The notes under the pieces were generated by a model. It saw nothing but the letters and a program-made list of their open reading frames with translations. It searched no databases and was not told where the DNA came from. A DNA stretch of 64,000 nt from Sphaerodactylus townsendi. Lineage: Eukaryota. Positions 1 through 14,008 of this stretch are shown one piece after another. The stretch covers positions 72,540,001-72,604,000 of the forward strand of contig NC_059432.1 of assembly GCF_021028975.2 (NCBI RefSeq). Reading direction: 5' to 3'. The translations under genes were made by a program, and so were the position numbers. Numbering within the stretch: position 1 is the stretch's first letter; every line of letters begins with the position of its first letter.

Positions 1-3000
1 ACATCTCTCCATATATTGGCAGAGATTTAAAAAAAATTTCAAGGCCTCTGTTCTGAAAGGTCTGCCTCTACCTTTCCATGTATTTACTGATTTTGAAAAT
101 ATATATATGGCCTCTCCAGAGACCTGCTTGATTTAGTGGACTCGCTGCTTTTATAACTTCTCTTAGTTGCTTCCAGTTCACTATTTAGTTCCTGTATTCC
201 TCCATTAAAGCAAAATACTTTATTATCTAATATGTTACATTTTTTGTTTGTAGAATGCTATGCATGGTTTTGCTCTAAACTAAAGATAACGTGGATTCTC
301 CCTCTTGGATTGTACTTCAAATAAACATATAATCTTGCCTCTGTTGAAACTTCCCAGTGCTGTTTCAAAGGCACATTTAAAAGTCACCATTTAATCTACT
401 TGGGTTATTTAAGAGTGAGTTCCTTTTTTACAAACCACACAAAAGGAGCATCATTCGTATGGAAATTCCCTCCTCTGACTTCCCATTGCTCCAGTAAGAC
501 ATGGTTGGGTTTTCCCACATTTTGGAATGTATGAAGAAGTTCTGAAAAGCTGAGGAATTTGTAGTTTTAATGCTAGTATAATCATGTGAGGTTATGGATC
601 ATAGTCTGACCTGTATAGTTTATGCCCATTTATTCCACCAATGTTGTATTGAACTAAAGTATGTCAGACACTCAGCTTTGATTTGAAGGTTAACCTGAGG
701 AATATGCCCATCTCTTGAGAAGTAGGTTCCCAAATCTTTAATCTTTTAATCACCATTGTTCCCTTAGCTGAGTTCAACTGCAAGCAATTCAATAACGTTC
801 AGGCAATGCAGTTATATAAATGTTTTTAAAAATGAGTTCAATTTATCTGGTTATCTTCGATAGCTGTGTAGGGATGCCAAGGAAGTGTAGTGTGTGACTC
901 ATGTTTCTGTGTTGAACTGAACAGCCTTTTATCTATTCAGTTTCTTACACTATAAGAAGAAATAAAGATGCTTGCTCTTATTCTAAATTCAAGAAAGATT
1001 AGTAATATGCCAGTTAAAACAAAGGAAACAATAGTGTTTTTTTTTTAATTTATAGCCAGCATTCTCAGTTGATGGGGCACTTATTCCTGGTAGAGCAGAG
1101 TTAAAATCTTCTCAGCCATGAACTTACTGAGTGAGTAGCCTTGGACCAAGTTAACTGTTGTCAGCTTAAGATGGAAAGTTAAACTGTATACTGCAAAGGG
1201 CTGTAGAAAATGCGGCTCTCTATACTGACACTTCTTCCAGTGCTTCATAAATGTTAATTTTTCCTTTTGCCCTTTTTATGGAGCTGAAGCAGAGCTTGAT
1301 TAAACTGTAGGGTCTGGATGGAAAGCAGAAGTTTATCCTGTAATATTTTTATGTCTTCTTTGGAGATGACGATTTGAGCTAATGTGGAGTCCATACTTCA
1401 TAAGCTAAACCTGTAACAAAAATTGGGCAAGTAATTTTTTGTATTGGTCAGTAATGCAGTAGCAATCAACACAGAAACTCAGAGTTCTTTTAAAATAAGA
1501 TGAGGGTATTTACGCTGTAATTTTGAACCGTTTGCTTTCAAGTAAATGTGCTAAGGATTGGGGATGCTAAAGAGCTTTGTTTTGCAAGAGCTGAGCAAGT
1601 TGCACTGATGCTAAACTAGGTGCCTGAATGAAAGAAACAAGATGAACCCTTGATCTGTTCCTTGTACATGTCCTTTAGAAAAAGCTACATCAGAATTCGC
1701 AAGTTGAGCTAACAAAAATCAGAAGTAAATTTTACTAACAGGCCCATTATGCATGGAACACTTACCTCAAGCCTGTTCTCTGCACAGTGGCTCATCGTGT
1801 GCTCTCCTCATATTTCTCTGTTTATATGTGAAAAGGCAGCCTGCAGCGCCGTTTGTCTGCTGAACTCTGCTGGGCCTCTGCTTTTCCTGAAATGAAAGTG
1901 GGGCTCCAGAAAATACAAGAAATCTTGCTGTGGCAAAAACTGACCTCCGTTACGCAGCAAAGACCTTGTACATAATCGGGTTTTTCTGACAGAAGTTGCT
2001 TTTTAATGTTTAGTTTCTAAAAGGCGAAACCCCAACTGCTGTTTAAAGGTATAGTACGTTTGTAGGCCTGTATCAAACTGTTCAGTTCTGAAGATAAAGA
2101 GGCTTTACATTTTCTTATGGGTGGGGGGGGGGGGGAGCAATTTCTGCCAATCTGCACGCACATTCACACATACACACACTTTAGATCCAATTTTGCCCCT
2201 TACGTTGTTCCTGAGAGTTCCCTAACCTCCAGGAACAAAATGTCAGGGGTCTCCTTGGTTCTATAACTTGTAGCTGAACTAGCACACAATGTGCAGTACA
2301 GTCCTAAAGACAGCTACTCAAGTCCAAGGCCATTCATTTCATCTCTATAGGATTGCACTGTTAATGCTACAAAAATGGAAGTATAGCGTCGAGTTAAATT
2401 TTAGTCAAAGCAGCTGCAGCAGATTAGCCAAAGGTATCTCCTTTTTACAAAGAAATTTGATATTTTGCTTTCATTGTACATTTTGTATTGCAGCATTCTT
2501 TGTATATTGTTACTTTTACTACTACTTTTTCATACGTAATGCTGTATTCAAAATGATTGTAAAACCCACCAACACAGATGAATATAGATTCAAGAAGAAA
2601 CTGTAAGGCTAAGAAATATGAGAATCAGTAACAAAATTTCAACACGGAAACAGCTTTGTCCAGCCCCCTAAAATGATGTTTTCATGACGACAAATTAATA
2701 CCAAATAATATCCTCTTGGAATCAAAAGGCCATGAACATTACATTTATTTTAGAAGGATGCGCTTCCTTTAAAAGTTATTCTTTTCCTGTAGGAAAAGTA
2801 AATCAGGGTAGACTGTAACCAGAATCTCAGTTCAGTCTTCACTGGTATGCACAGTTCTGTGTGATCCAGCTACACACACCAAGGCCTTCTCTTTCACTCA
2901 CAGCATAACAAAAATTATGGGATTGGATTTTTAAGTGTATCAAGCCTTTAAAATTGAACCCTTTAAAAATTATGTGTTAATTAAATGCTATTAAAGGGTT

Positions 3001-3934
3001 AGTGGTCCTTAATGATCCTCATTACTAATGGAGTGCTCTTCAGTTTAGGTGCTCATTCAGCAACCGGCAGATCGCATACTTCACTTTAAAAAGTGGATCG
3101 TTTCCCCTAAGGAGCAGACCCAGCAAATGCAAACTCATAAGCAAAGTTGCTTTTAAGAAATTCCGTTCACTCTTTCCTATTTATTCAGGAAATATGAGCT
3201 TACGAATTTTTGATATAGCACTCTTTCTTTCAACAGGTATGACAATTCAGCGATCAGAATTACATTCTTGATCAATCTCCTACATTAACTTGCAACCAAC
3301 CAGTCAGGCAATGCCAGCTTTGTGACTCAAACCAGTAAGATCTCTTCCTGCAACTTCAAACCCTCCCACTTCCCCCACTTGCAGTCTGAATGGTCATCGG
3401 AAAATGACTCTTGATTTTCCAGTAGCATAAAAAAAAAAATAGAATGAAGAAAATTGGAGAGAATGAATAGCAGAACAAGAAAACACAAGTTTATCAATAA
3501 TGCTGACCTTATTTGCCGAATGAGAATTCGCCGCAACTTTGCTCTTGAATCAGCTGGTCTGTCTTGCAGCCAGATCAATATGACTCATTTCATGTTCTTC
3601 TTAAAACTAAATGTATTACTCGGAAGAGGCCCCCCCCCCCGGCTTTTTAAAAAGAAGCTTTCTTCCCCATTCTTGTGCTAGGCACATCAACACTCACCAA
3701 TCTGAGATTACCAAATTGTGATCCTTGTTATGACAAGTAGATTGGCAGAGTCATCTAACCCTGCATACTGTTTGTCAGTGTTGTTTGCAAATGAACCTTT
3801 TTTTAGTACTGACTGTACCTTCCAGTGTGAAGAGTAAAGCCTGGCATATAATAAGTAGAAGCCATCATTGCTGGCATTGTTTCTGCTGGATTTTCATTTT
3901 TGATAGATGTTCCTTATGTTCTCTTTGTCTCCAG

Positions 3935-4081
3935 GCCAAGGAGTGTGGTCAGATACAGAACAAATGGCTCATGATTAACATACAGAACGTCCAGGATTTT
4001 GCCTGTCAGTGTCTCAATCGCGATGTTTGGAGCAATGAGGCTGTGAAAAATATTATCCGGGAACACTTCATTTTTTGGCAG
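3935..4081 (+). CDS. UBXN7: UBXN7 internal exon, UAS domain (AKECGQIQNKWLMINIQNVQDFACQCLNRDVWSNEAVKNIIREHFIFWQ); upstream exons lie outside the window
   Basis: ctccAG acceptor and CAG|GTAGG donor, 147 nt, phase 0/0; peptide matches the recalled UBXN7 UAS domain. Confidence 0.96.
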
Positions 4082-4402
4082 GTAGGAAGACTTTTTACAT
4101 AAGCGATTGAAAGATTAGCTATTAAAGTCAGTACTTTGAAGAAAGATGAAGTACCACCCAGTACATATTTGAAGGAATTAGGGAAAGTGAAGAGGAGATA
4201 ATTAGGTAAAACAAAGCTGTGATGCTTGCAGGGCAATCCTGAGTAGAGTTACATCCTTTTTCAGCCAGTTGATTTCAGTTGATTGAGAAGGATGTAACTT
4301 TGTTAGGATTTTGCTGCTAGTTAAGGTATAATAAAAAAGTTAAAGTCCCTTTAATTCTGGACTCTTCTCAAGTATTAATATTTTGTGTTTGCTAATATGT
4401 AG

Positions 4403-4493
4403 GTATATCATGACAGTGAGGAAGGACAAAGATATATACAGTTCTACAAACTAGCAGACTTCCCTTATGTCTCTATCCTGGATCCTAGGACAG
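4403..4493 (+). CDS. UBXN7: UBXN7 exon (VYHDSEEGQRYIQFYKLADFPYVSILDPRT-G)
   Basis: tgtAG acceptor, G|GTAAG donor, 91 nt; frame continues from the previous exon. Confidence 0.95.
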
Positions 4494-5735
4494 GTAAGAG
4501 GGCAAGTAATTACTTGGGAAATCAGAAAAGTACCTGAATCCTTAGTTTTGTTTTCTGTCACTGGGGGCTTGCAGTCTCTCTCAAGAGTGCCTTGCCTCAA
4601 GTGCATCAACCTATTTTTTTTGTGCTGTAACTAAAGGAGGGTTGCTGCTGTGATACATAATTCTTTATTTACAGCTGTTTGTTCTCAGTCCAAAGGTATA
4701 TTCTAACTTTTAAAAACAACACCTGTGAGAAGTCATCTAGGATGGCACAGCTGATGTCCACTTTCCATCTCATGCAGAATGAGAGCAAGCTCTTCAAGAA
4801 AGAAACTTGTGTGCTAAGGGGTCCACAACTTTTGTTTTGGTTTCCTAACAAGCGATTATATTTGATCCTTGCTGGCTACTGCCTTCCCCCATACACTCTG
4901 TGCATGTCGGAGGACGTCCAGAACAAAGATGAGCATTTTCCATGGACTGCTGCAGATGACCTAAGTGGCACAAGAGATTCTTTTTGCCTTTTGCAGACGT
5001 CTACACAAAATGCAGTGAGATCCATCTCTACACTCTGAATTTTGTGGCACACTCAAAGGACTTGAAAGAGCAGGGTCTTCTTTCAACATGCAGGTGTGGA
5101 GCAGGGAGTCTTGAATGACTCATAGAGCTCCAATTATGGCCTCCGAGCCTGTTAAATGGGGGCATAGAGATCTTCATATCCCTCCTATCTGCTCTCCCTT
5201 ATCCCCATCCACAGTCTCAAGAGATCTCCAGGTCTCAGAGGGCTGGGGAGAGCATGTCTGCTGCTGACAAGGCCAGTGGTCCCTGCCTTATATTAGGCAT
5301 CCACATGGGATCATATTTGGGTTTTTGAGACAGCCAAGGATTTATCTCATGTGAATATCCAAGCTCTGTCACTTTTCCTTTGCTAGCTGCCAGTGTGGTC
5401 TGATAGATCCAGTGGTAGTGGTAATGGGGATTTCACTGCATAACAGGACTTCAAAGAAGGCAAGAAGTGAAACTTCTTCCCTTTCCTCAGTGCCTCTGAA
5501 GGCATTCAAGACGGAGAAACAGTGGAGGGAATTTGTGTTACATCCTCTCTTCTCCAAAGCCTCATGTACGTGACCCCTCCCATTCCTCCCCCAATCTTTA
5601 GAGCATGTCCCCAGACTCTCAAGAAACATACGTCTCGTCTCTTTTCTTGCTATCTTTTATGAAAGGTGTGATGCTTTGTGTTTGCGTCATTCTTCTGTTT
5701 CTGAAGCAGGGTTTCTCATAACTGTTTTCAAACAG

Positions 5736-5863
5736 GGCAAAAGCTAGTGGAGTGGCGCCAGCTAGATGTCACTTCCTTTTTGGACCAAGTGACTGGCTTC
5801 CTGGGAGAGCACGGGCAACTGGACGGACATTCTACCAGCCCTCCCCAAAAACGCACTCGTTCT
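5736..5863 (+). CDS. UBXN7: UBXN7 exon (QKLVEWRQLDVTSFLDQVTGFLGEHGQLDGHSTSPPQKRTRS)
   Basis: aacAG acceptor, TCT|GTAAGT donor, 128 nt, phase 1/0. Confidence 0.95.
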
Positions 5864-6108
5864 GTAAGTCAAAAAATTTATTGGAGAGGTGTATTAATGC
5901 TTTTATGGTGGTATTGTCAGTTGATGTAGAATCTGTGTCTTACAAGATGTTGTGGTTATCCAGGTTAACATCCAAAAATTAAACTGCACTGATGCGAAAC
6001 ATGTTTGAGAACCTCAAGTTTTGTAAATTGTTTTTGTTTTGAGCATACTGGTTGAAAGAATTGACTGATGCTTTTCCCTCCCACTTGCTTTATGTTCGCT
6101 TTGAGCAG

Positions 6109-6499
6109 GAGAGCCTTATTGACGCAAGCGAAGACAGCCAGCTAGAAGCTGCCATCAGAGCCTCACTGCAGGAGACACATTTTGAATCTACCCAAGTCAA
6201 GCAGGACAGCAGATCCGATGAAGAGTCTGAGTCTGAGCTTTTCTCTGGAAGTGAGGAGTTTATTTCAGTTTGTGGCTCTGATGATGATGAACCAGACAGT
6301 ACCGCCAAGTCCAGGAAGTCTCCACACAAGGACCTGGTGTGTAGGAAAGAGGAGGTCAGAAGGCCTCCACCTGAGCCTACAGTAAGGACTGAACCTGAGG
6401 TGGTAACAAACCATCGAGGACTATCTTACATAGATTCAGAAGTGCTAGAGGAATCTCCGGTGAAGCCAGAAGCTGCGGTGAAGGAGCTGAGCGTGAATG
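6109..6499 (+). CDS. UBXN7: UBXN7 exon with UIM (SEDSQLEAAIRASLQE) and acidic linker
   Basis: gagcAG acceptor, G|GTAAG donor, 391 nt; lies within ORF 6052..6537. Confidence 0.95.
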
Positions 6500-8119
6500 G
6501 TAAGCTTGATGTTTTAAACGTTTTCCTAAAGCTTTGAAGTTGTCCAGACTCACTGTAGCATAAGTCTGGTTGGGTTTTCTGTTCGTCTGACACCACAGCT
6601 GTCCTGGCAGAAGCCTATTTTAGACAAAGAGTATATCAGAAAGTAGGCTGGAGATGAATGAACTGTAGGGTCAGAGATGAGCTACATGCATTACAGGACC
6701 CTGCCCAGACAGATTACAATCTGGGCAGATGAATTAAAAAATGCAAACATGGGAAGGACAGTAAGGGCAGCAAAATGTCTTATAAAAGTACATCTCCTTA
6801 GAATAGTGCAGTTAGCATATTATAAACTTCATATTACAAAAGATAGCTGGAACTACTGCTTAAAATCTTTAAAAAGAGGACGTGAGGTAAAGAGCCTCTT
6901 AAAATAAAAAAAGCAAGGATTCATAGATATTGGCAGGAAAAGCCTTTTGCGTGATCATTAAATAGCCATATAAGATATATCAGCAGAGTTTAAAGTGGAG
7001 TCACTCTGGTAAGATGAGAAGAATAATAGTCTTCTTGCACTCACTGCAACCTCCTACCTCTCTTGGAAAAGAATATTCTCCATGCAAGATGTTCTTTCCA
7101 TAGGAAGGTTTTACTTTTGCAGTTGCAAGGTTACACAAGTCTATTCTATACAAGACTATATTACTATACAGAACTCTTCAGCAGTAACAAAAGTTGAACA
7201 CATACAGAACTTAACTCAGTCTCTATCTCAACTTAGCATAGCATATACAATGCATACATCAGGAATACTTTCCCCTGCCCATACAACAGCCTCTCATTGG
7301 TCTAGAATTACACCAATCATGTTAAAGGTCAGTCTTTGCTACTTTTGCCCCTAGACAGACTGTCTCCATCCTCTGGGTTTTGCAAACTTCTGCTAACTTA
7401 GAAGATGACCTTTTTGTGAACTTTTACTCTTCTTTTTATATATCATGACAAGATAGGCAGTATTATCCTCTTATTTCAGGTGGGGAGGGGAATGGAGGTT
7501 GGCAAAGTGGCTTGCCTTATATCATCATGAGAGTTGGTGTTCAAGTAAAAACTTGAACTGACAGACTTGTAAATTGCATCCCATTGTGTTACCCATTACA
7601 CTACACCAACTCCTAAATAAAGAAAGAAATATTAAGAGACCTATCAGGAAAAAAGGGTGGTAGAATATAGTAGGAGTTCAGAGACAGTGAGTGTGGAGAA
7701 CCAAACTGTTGAGGGCTTTAGATGCATGAAGCCCTAATTCAAATGACATATAAAATGTGGAGTCTCCAAGTAGTGGTGTGGCCAATGCGATATACAGATA
7801 GTTGATGCAACACAGTTCTAAATGAACTGGAAAAATGTGCTCTGTTTTAATGACATTGGAATAACACAGAACACGTCAGACATTTGTTAGAAGGCTAACC
7901 TTTAGTTAAAATACTGAATCCCTATATTACCGAATTTCTCCTGTGGAGGTAGAGAATGGTCATGAAAAGAACAATTAGCTGACAGTTCTGCAAAAGGAAA
8001 ATTTGGACATGTCACCTCTAGAATATGATTTCTGCCTCTATACTTTTGTTCGCTGCCTTTTCTTTTTTAGTAGAGTGAATTAAGGTGCCTCTACTTAGTT
8101 TTTAACTTTCTTCTTCTAG

Positions 8120-8199
8120 GACCAAAGGCACAACTCATGCTAAGGTATCCAGATGGAAAGAGGGAACAGATTTCACTGCCTGAACAAGCTAAGCTTCTG
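8120..8199 (+). CDS. UBXN7: UBXN7 exon, start of UBX domain (PKAQLMLRYPDGKREQISLPEQAKLL)
   Basis: ttctAG acceptor, CTG|GTGAGT donor, 80 nt; UBX RYPDG motif. Confidence 0.95.
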
Positions 8200-8567
8200 G
8201 TGAGTCAAAATGATGGAGCAGGAGTGCCATTGCTGCTTTCGTCTTAATGTCATTGACGATACTAGTTTAAAGGATTGATACTGTCTTTTAAAAAAAATAA
8301 AAAATAAAAATACCTTTTTAACTGTTTTTGATCAAGATTTGATGTCCACTTCTAGGAGTATGTCCAAGATTACTAGAGAATTTATCTCAGATTTACTAGC
8401 TAATTTTGAATCTTGCTTCTTTCCAAACAAAATTGAACTCTTTGTGCTAGAAGCTGAATTTTTTTGCTTATGATATACTACATGACTGCCAGGAGATCTG
8501 TGCAATTCTGGAGTACTGAGACACCTTACTTTGACATCCCCCGGTGGCAAGCATTGTATATCTAGAT

Positions 8568-8699
8568 CAGGGGTCTGCAACCTGCAGCTCTCCAGATGTT
8601 CATGGACTACAAATCCCATCAGCTCCATGCCATGCTGGCAGAGGCTGATGGGAATTGTAGTCCATGAACATCTGGAGAGCCGCAGGTTGCAGACCCCTG
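8568..8699. mobile_element. Short palindromic non-autonomous hAT (Charlie-type) MITE
   Basis: TIRs CAGGGGTCTGCAACCTGC; whole element folds back; 8-bp TSD atctagat/atctagag. Confidence 0.9.
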
Positions 8700-9220
8700 A
8701 TCTAGAGAAAAGAATTTGGAAATGCCATAGCAAAAACTGGCTGATTTTGAAGATCTGAAACAATGAAGATTATAAAAATGAAACAAATTGATCACATTTC
8801 TTACAGTCCAGTTTTTGAGAGTTCATTCATTAGAACCTGCTGCATAGTCTTAATTCACTGCCTTTGCTCTCACTCTTTCAGCTTAATGAAAAAAGTGTGA
8901 ATTTAAGACTCTGTGGCACCATCACATGATTAGACAGCATGACACCTTTTGTACCACTTGCATGTTCCATGTGGGTCCCTGAATTCTGCCTCTTCACGGT
9001 GTAAATGGACAGGAATAAGTGAGAAATCACTAGTGCATATGAACTGCAGGTGTTGGTTTATCTGTGCAAATGTACCCATGACACCCTGTCAGGTTTTCAG
9101 TAGCTAACTGAAGCTTCTCATGCTGATATAGTCTTCAGCAGTGTACAGGTGACATCTAGTCGGCTGTGTTTTTAAAAAATCCCTGATGCTTAAAGACACT
9201 TGTCTTTTCTCTCTCTGCAG

Positions 9221-9382
9221 GCTCTCATCAAACATGTACAGTCAAAAGGCTACCCCAATGAACGTTTTGAACTCCTCACCAACTTTCCACGGAGAAAACT
9301 TTCCCATCTGGACTATGACATTACATTACAAGAGGCTGGTCTTTGTCCTCAAGAGACTGTCTTTGTGCAGGAAAGGAATTAG
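9221..9382 (+). CDS. UBXN7: UBXN7 last coding exon, end of UBX domain (ALIKHVQSKGYPNERFELLTNFPRR...VFVQERN*)
   Basis: polypyrimidine tract + cAG acceptor; FPR loop of UBX; TAG at 9380-9382. Confidence 0.96.
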   Translation, partial: ALIKHVQSKGYPNERFELLTNFPRRKLSHLDYDITLQEAGLCPQETVFVQERN

Positions 9383-12300
9383 CTCTTCCAATCTTCCTGT
9401 CATGTCATTTTGCCTACAGTACTATTCCCCAAGTATGCAGTTGGCTTCGTGAGACTGCAGAGCTGAAATCAGGCAGTCATTTGCCGACTTTTCTCCTTCC
9501 CTCCTTTGTGTTACTATTGACTAGTCAGTCATATAAAAGCAGCAGGATAGGTTTACTTGGCTTTGGTGCTGGGGGAAAGTATGTCTGTTTCAGTGGTTTG
9601 TTGCCATTTCCGAATAGTAAGGGCTGTCTATATATCTAGCATGCTGGGGACACGGAGCAGCCAGAGCGTTTCTCTCTCCACTCAGAAAAACAAAATCTGT
9701 TTTTTAATATCTTTAAATTTTCAAGAAGTCAAGTGACCAGCCATTAAGGGCTTCTTTACACCTCCATCTAAGCATGTAGTGGCTGCACAAAAACAGTGCG
9801 GGATGTCGTTTTCAGCATGGCAAGCATGGCTTTTTCCTGAGATGCCATTCTGTGCTGAAAGCTGAGTCCTGCAGGTAATTAGTGGATGCAGCCTATTTGT
9901 TTTCCATGTGTTGGGAGCCACTACACACAGGCTTTTCAAGGAACAAACATGTGTCCAGATGGTTGTTAAAGAGGCCCCAAGTCTTGCCCACATGTGAAGA
10001 AAATGTGCAGAGGTGCAGATCTGTAGCACTTTGAGTCACAGCAAGCACAGTTCCAGGAAGGACATAGAATCACCAACATTTGAACAACATTTGTATGGAT
10101 TGATTGTATCATGTATTCACCTCATTTTTTATGGATGGAATTACTTGCTCTAAAGGAAGGTAATATAGTCGGTAGATCTAGTACTACCTAACCTTCATCA
10201 TCTAACCCTTCCAGCTCATCTAGAGGCGTTAAAATTATGGAAATTAGGGATGGCTTCTCATTTTCTACCTAGAATTTATCAACAATGGAATATTGCAAGA
10301 TACTGACTCTGAATGTAAATCATTAAACCTGTTCTGTCATACCTTAAAGCTGTTTTAATTTACAGTGCTGGACTTGAATTCAGTCAACGTTGAGTCTTAG
10401 TGTATTTGCACTGGTGCCAGGTTCCTAGAGAAAGCAATGTATTATATTTTGTTTGGTTAATTTTAAAATACTCTAACACAGTGACATCCTAAAAACAGAA
10501 GGTTTTGGACTGTTCACATCTGTAATTCTGAACTTCAGCTGCCAAAACAGCTGTTTGTCACATTGTTTTCTAATCGGTCAGGAACACATGAATCATCCCA
10601 GGCGTGAGGTGGGTCACTTGAGTTTGGCAATTCTTAGCCCCAAAACACTGCAAGCCACAGTATGGTCATATTCTCACCATACATTTTTCCATCTGTCTGA
10701 GCAGTGTTTGTATTTTATTGTAGAATGGAAGTATTTAACTTAACCCTTTCCTTTTCTTCCTTCCAGTATGCCAGTAACAAATGTAAGGTGTCTTTTACAG
10801 CTGAGAGGTTTCTTTGTGTGACCTTCAATTATGGTGATGAATGGACTTATTTTTTTAAAAAAAAAATCAGAGCTGAGTTTATATTAAACTACACAACTGG
10901 CAATATGTGGAGTCCAGATCAGCTTGCTGATCAAATTAATATGTTGTAAGGAATCCAGCTTTAGAAATCTGTATCAAGACCCAGAGGCTTCAGTTCTTGA
11001 AAACTGATGCCATAAAACATTTTGAATTGTGTATCTGAACAAACTAAATTATAAATGTCTAATCTTGATTAAAGCTAAACTAGACTTCTACAGTCAAGGA
11101 GCTAACTTTTTAGTTACCAATATATTCATCCACATCTCTCTCTGTTGCTGCCACCTCCATCCTTTTCCTCAAGCTGCCTCCTATTCTTTAGTTGGATTCT
11201 CATTTCTTTATCTACTGTTTCCCTTTGAACTCTCTGCCCCATCTTTTTTATCTTTAGGCATCTTTATCTAGTCTCCTGCCTCCCCATAAATCTACTTCTG
11301 TCTTATAGCATCTGTGCGAGGTTTTGACCCAACAGGTAACTTTTTCTCCCCATTTTGACACCTTTGTTCCCTGTCCTTCAGCACTTGTAATTTTTGTAAA
11401 CATTCCATGCTATCATATCAGCTTAGCAAATTGGTGTCAAAGGCTTTACTGCCACAGCACGAATGAGTATATATGGTATCTTCTGTTACCACTATATTAA
11501 TATGAGGGTAATTCAGTATAATTACTTGATGCCATTTGTCCTTGAGGTAGTGAAAACCTTATCCGTATAAACTAACAATCTCAAATGCCTTCAGTCTTGA
11601 CAACCCGTTGTTGCATAGGTCTTGCTAGCAGATTTCCAACTGCTTCATGCTAGCTTGAGAGGTCTAGAAGATTTAATGTTGAAGTGGAGATGCTGATGCT
11701 GCTCTTAGTAATGCTAACCAGACTACGACATTCAGCTGTGAAGAGAGAATTTGTTAGTTCATTCAAAGCTTGTCTGTTTACCCCAGTAAAATAACTCACA
11801 CTGTCAGAATTTTTGTGTTCTGAATGGTCTCTTAAAGCAGTTTTGAGTAGATGCTTTTGAATAGGTCCATTAAATATCCTTTACATTATTTACAGTTCAA
11901 GGTAGCTGTTTCATTGTGTATGTGTGTGTACACAGTTCACACAAGATCTTCAAAGGTACTTAAGTGAGTAGCATAACTAGAACGATTATTTCTTCCAGAT
12001 GGATTATGATGCCCAGTAGAAAGGCAGGCCTGAGAAAGCTCTGCGATGCTTAATCTACACAACAGACTGTGTAAAGATCAGGATTTAATTTTTTAATTAT
12101 TTTTGTTTGGCTGGTGCAGGGAGCAATAAATGGTCAAACCCTGAAAGTGTCTTCTGGAGAAATGCTGTACATTCATGCCTTGTTGGGATTGTCCTCAGCA
12201 GCTTAAAGACTTAAAATGATCCCTTCTGTGTTAACTAGAATAGTTTTCTCTGTGCCATTGTTTCTGAAGTGGCAGTCTTAACTAAGTTTTCATGTAGATC

Positions 12301-12930
12301 ATGTGGGAATGTTTGAATTTGTTTGGATTTGTTTTGCTATTTTTGAAGCTTATGGCTGGAACTATGAGCACTCCAAGTCTTTCCTTGTTCCTGCAACTGA
12401 TCAGTGTGGCCTCACAAGACAAATGATTCCCAAAAGGTGGATTGGGGCGGGGGGGAGCCTTTGGTACAGCACAGTGTGGCAAATGGTGAAGAACTGTGAC
12501 ACTTCTTCTAGCAAAAGAAACGCCCCACAAGGTTCAAAGCTGCAGAGGTGACAAGCCAGCCTCTCACACTGGAGGAGACAAGATGTTATCTAACTGGGAA
12601 TATATAATTTGGATGTAATCAAAAATATGGTACCCTTTAGGATATTAAGTTAACTTTAAAGTTGGATTGCCTTCTTAAATGGATAATGTTTTATAGCTGT
12701 ACAAACCTGTGACTTGCTACATTTTTAGTAGAAGTTATTTCCTTTTTAATTATAAGAATTGTAAGGTAGGTGGGGGAAGAGTGGATTTCAGCTTGCTGTG
12801 ATGGGAAGGACCAAGTTCAAGGCAACCTCTATACATACCAAGTACTGCATTTTTTATAAATATGTGTAAATGTCCTTCCTATTGTAATATTTTGAGCCTG
12901 AAAATAAAGCAGACCTTTTCACTAATTCTT
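9383..12930 (+). other. UBXN7: Probable long UBXN7 3' UTR ending near AATAAA at 12903-12908 (another AATAAA at 12125-12130)
   Basis: AU-rich, largely repeat-free stretch ending in UTR-like TGTA motifs and AATAAA; exact end inferred. Confidence 0.55.
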
Positions 12931-14008
12931 AACCTGTTGATTGTAGAAGCTCTCTCCTGGAACACAAAAGGAAAAAAGTTTTATGCGGAGACAAAATTGC
13001 AGAGACCAGGAGTTTAGCTATACCACTTCCTGGCAGCACTTTCCTTTTCAGTTTACCATACTGCAAAAACCTGAGAAAGTGGCGTATCATACTGGTCCAT
13101 AGTGGAACCTTAGCATGTTTTAGTAATTCACCCCGGTTTCAAAGTTAAACTCTGCTTCCCATGATCATACTTCCTACAGTTCGCAATTTTCCTAAAACAA
13201 CTTTTAAAGAGTCATCATGATGAGGAAGAGCTTGGGAAAAAGAAACATGATTGTGGTCTCTGGGTGCACTAAATCTTGTGCAACTCTTACCAGATGTATT
13301 TTTTAAACCGGAAGACTTGAAGACATGCATGAGTTGGGGTGGGTTATTGATATGGGAGTGCTGAAATTATCAAGGGACAGGCTTGTGTTTCATGGCAAAT
13401 GGGTTTTTAAGAGCGAACTTCTGTCCTTAGGGAAAGTAGGATTGACTGACACATCATTATCAGAGTTTGGGCAGAGGAACAGAACAGTTGGTCTGCCAGC
13501 TGCATCTTCTCCTGATCCCTGCATGTCCAGTTCAGTGATGAGACTATATTTGTATCTGTCCAAATCTCATGGTTGATAACATGGCACAATCTTTGTCTGC
13601 ATTGCCTACAGGAGCATTAGTGCCATTAGCACTAATGAAGTTTTACATGTAGTTTATTTTTATAAGGATATTTTTACTTTTTATAAAATATAGCTGTCAA
13701 GGCTGGGATTTTGAACAATCACATCTTTGAAGGAAATCAGATATAATTGGTAGAGTACCTAAAATAGAGACCAGTTAAAGAAAATTAGATGTACAATCTC
13801 TGAAATAGAGACCACTTAATTAGTCTTAAAGGTGTAATAAAAACAAAAGTGAGACTTATGGCATCTTAAGGACTAATGGATTTATTCTTATGTAAGAGTC
13901 TGGTTCATCAGATGCATGTGTCAGAGAGAGGGAAAGTTGTGGATCATGAGATTAAAATGTGCATTTGTTAATTCCACTGTACACAATTTCTTCCCCTCTG
14001 TGATCTAG

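Noticed and set aside
3327-3578. Antisense 83-aa ORF with a hydrophobic stretch in a UBXN7 intron
   Set aside because: Non-ATG start, hydrophobicity partly from a poly-T run, no splice structure or recognisable family
8332-8763. Overlapping ORFs on both strands with mirrored peptides
   Set aside because: Artefact of the palindromic hAT MITE
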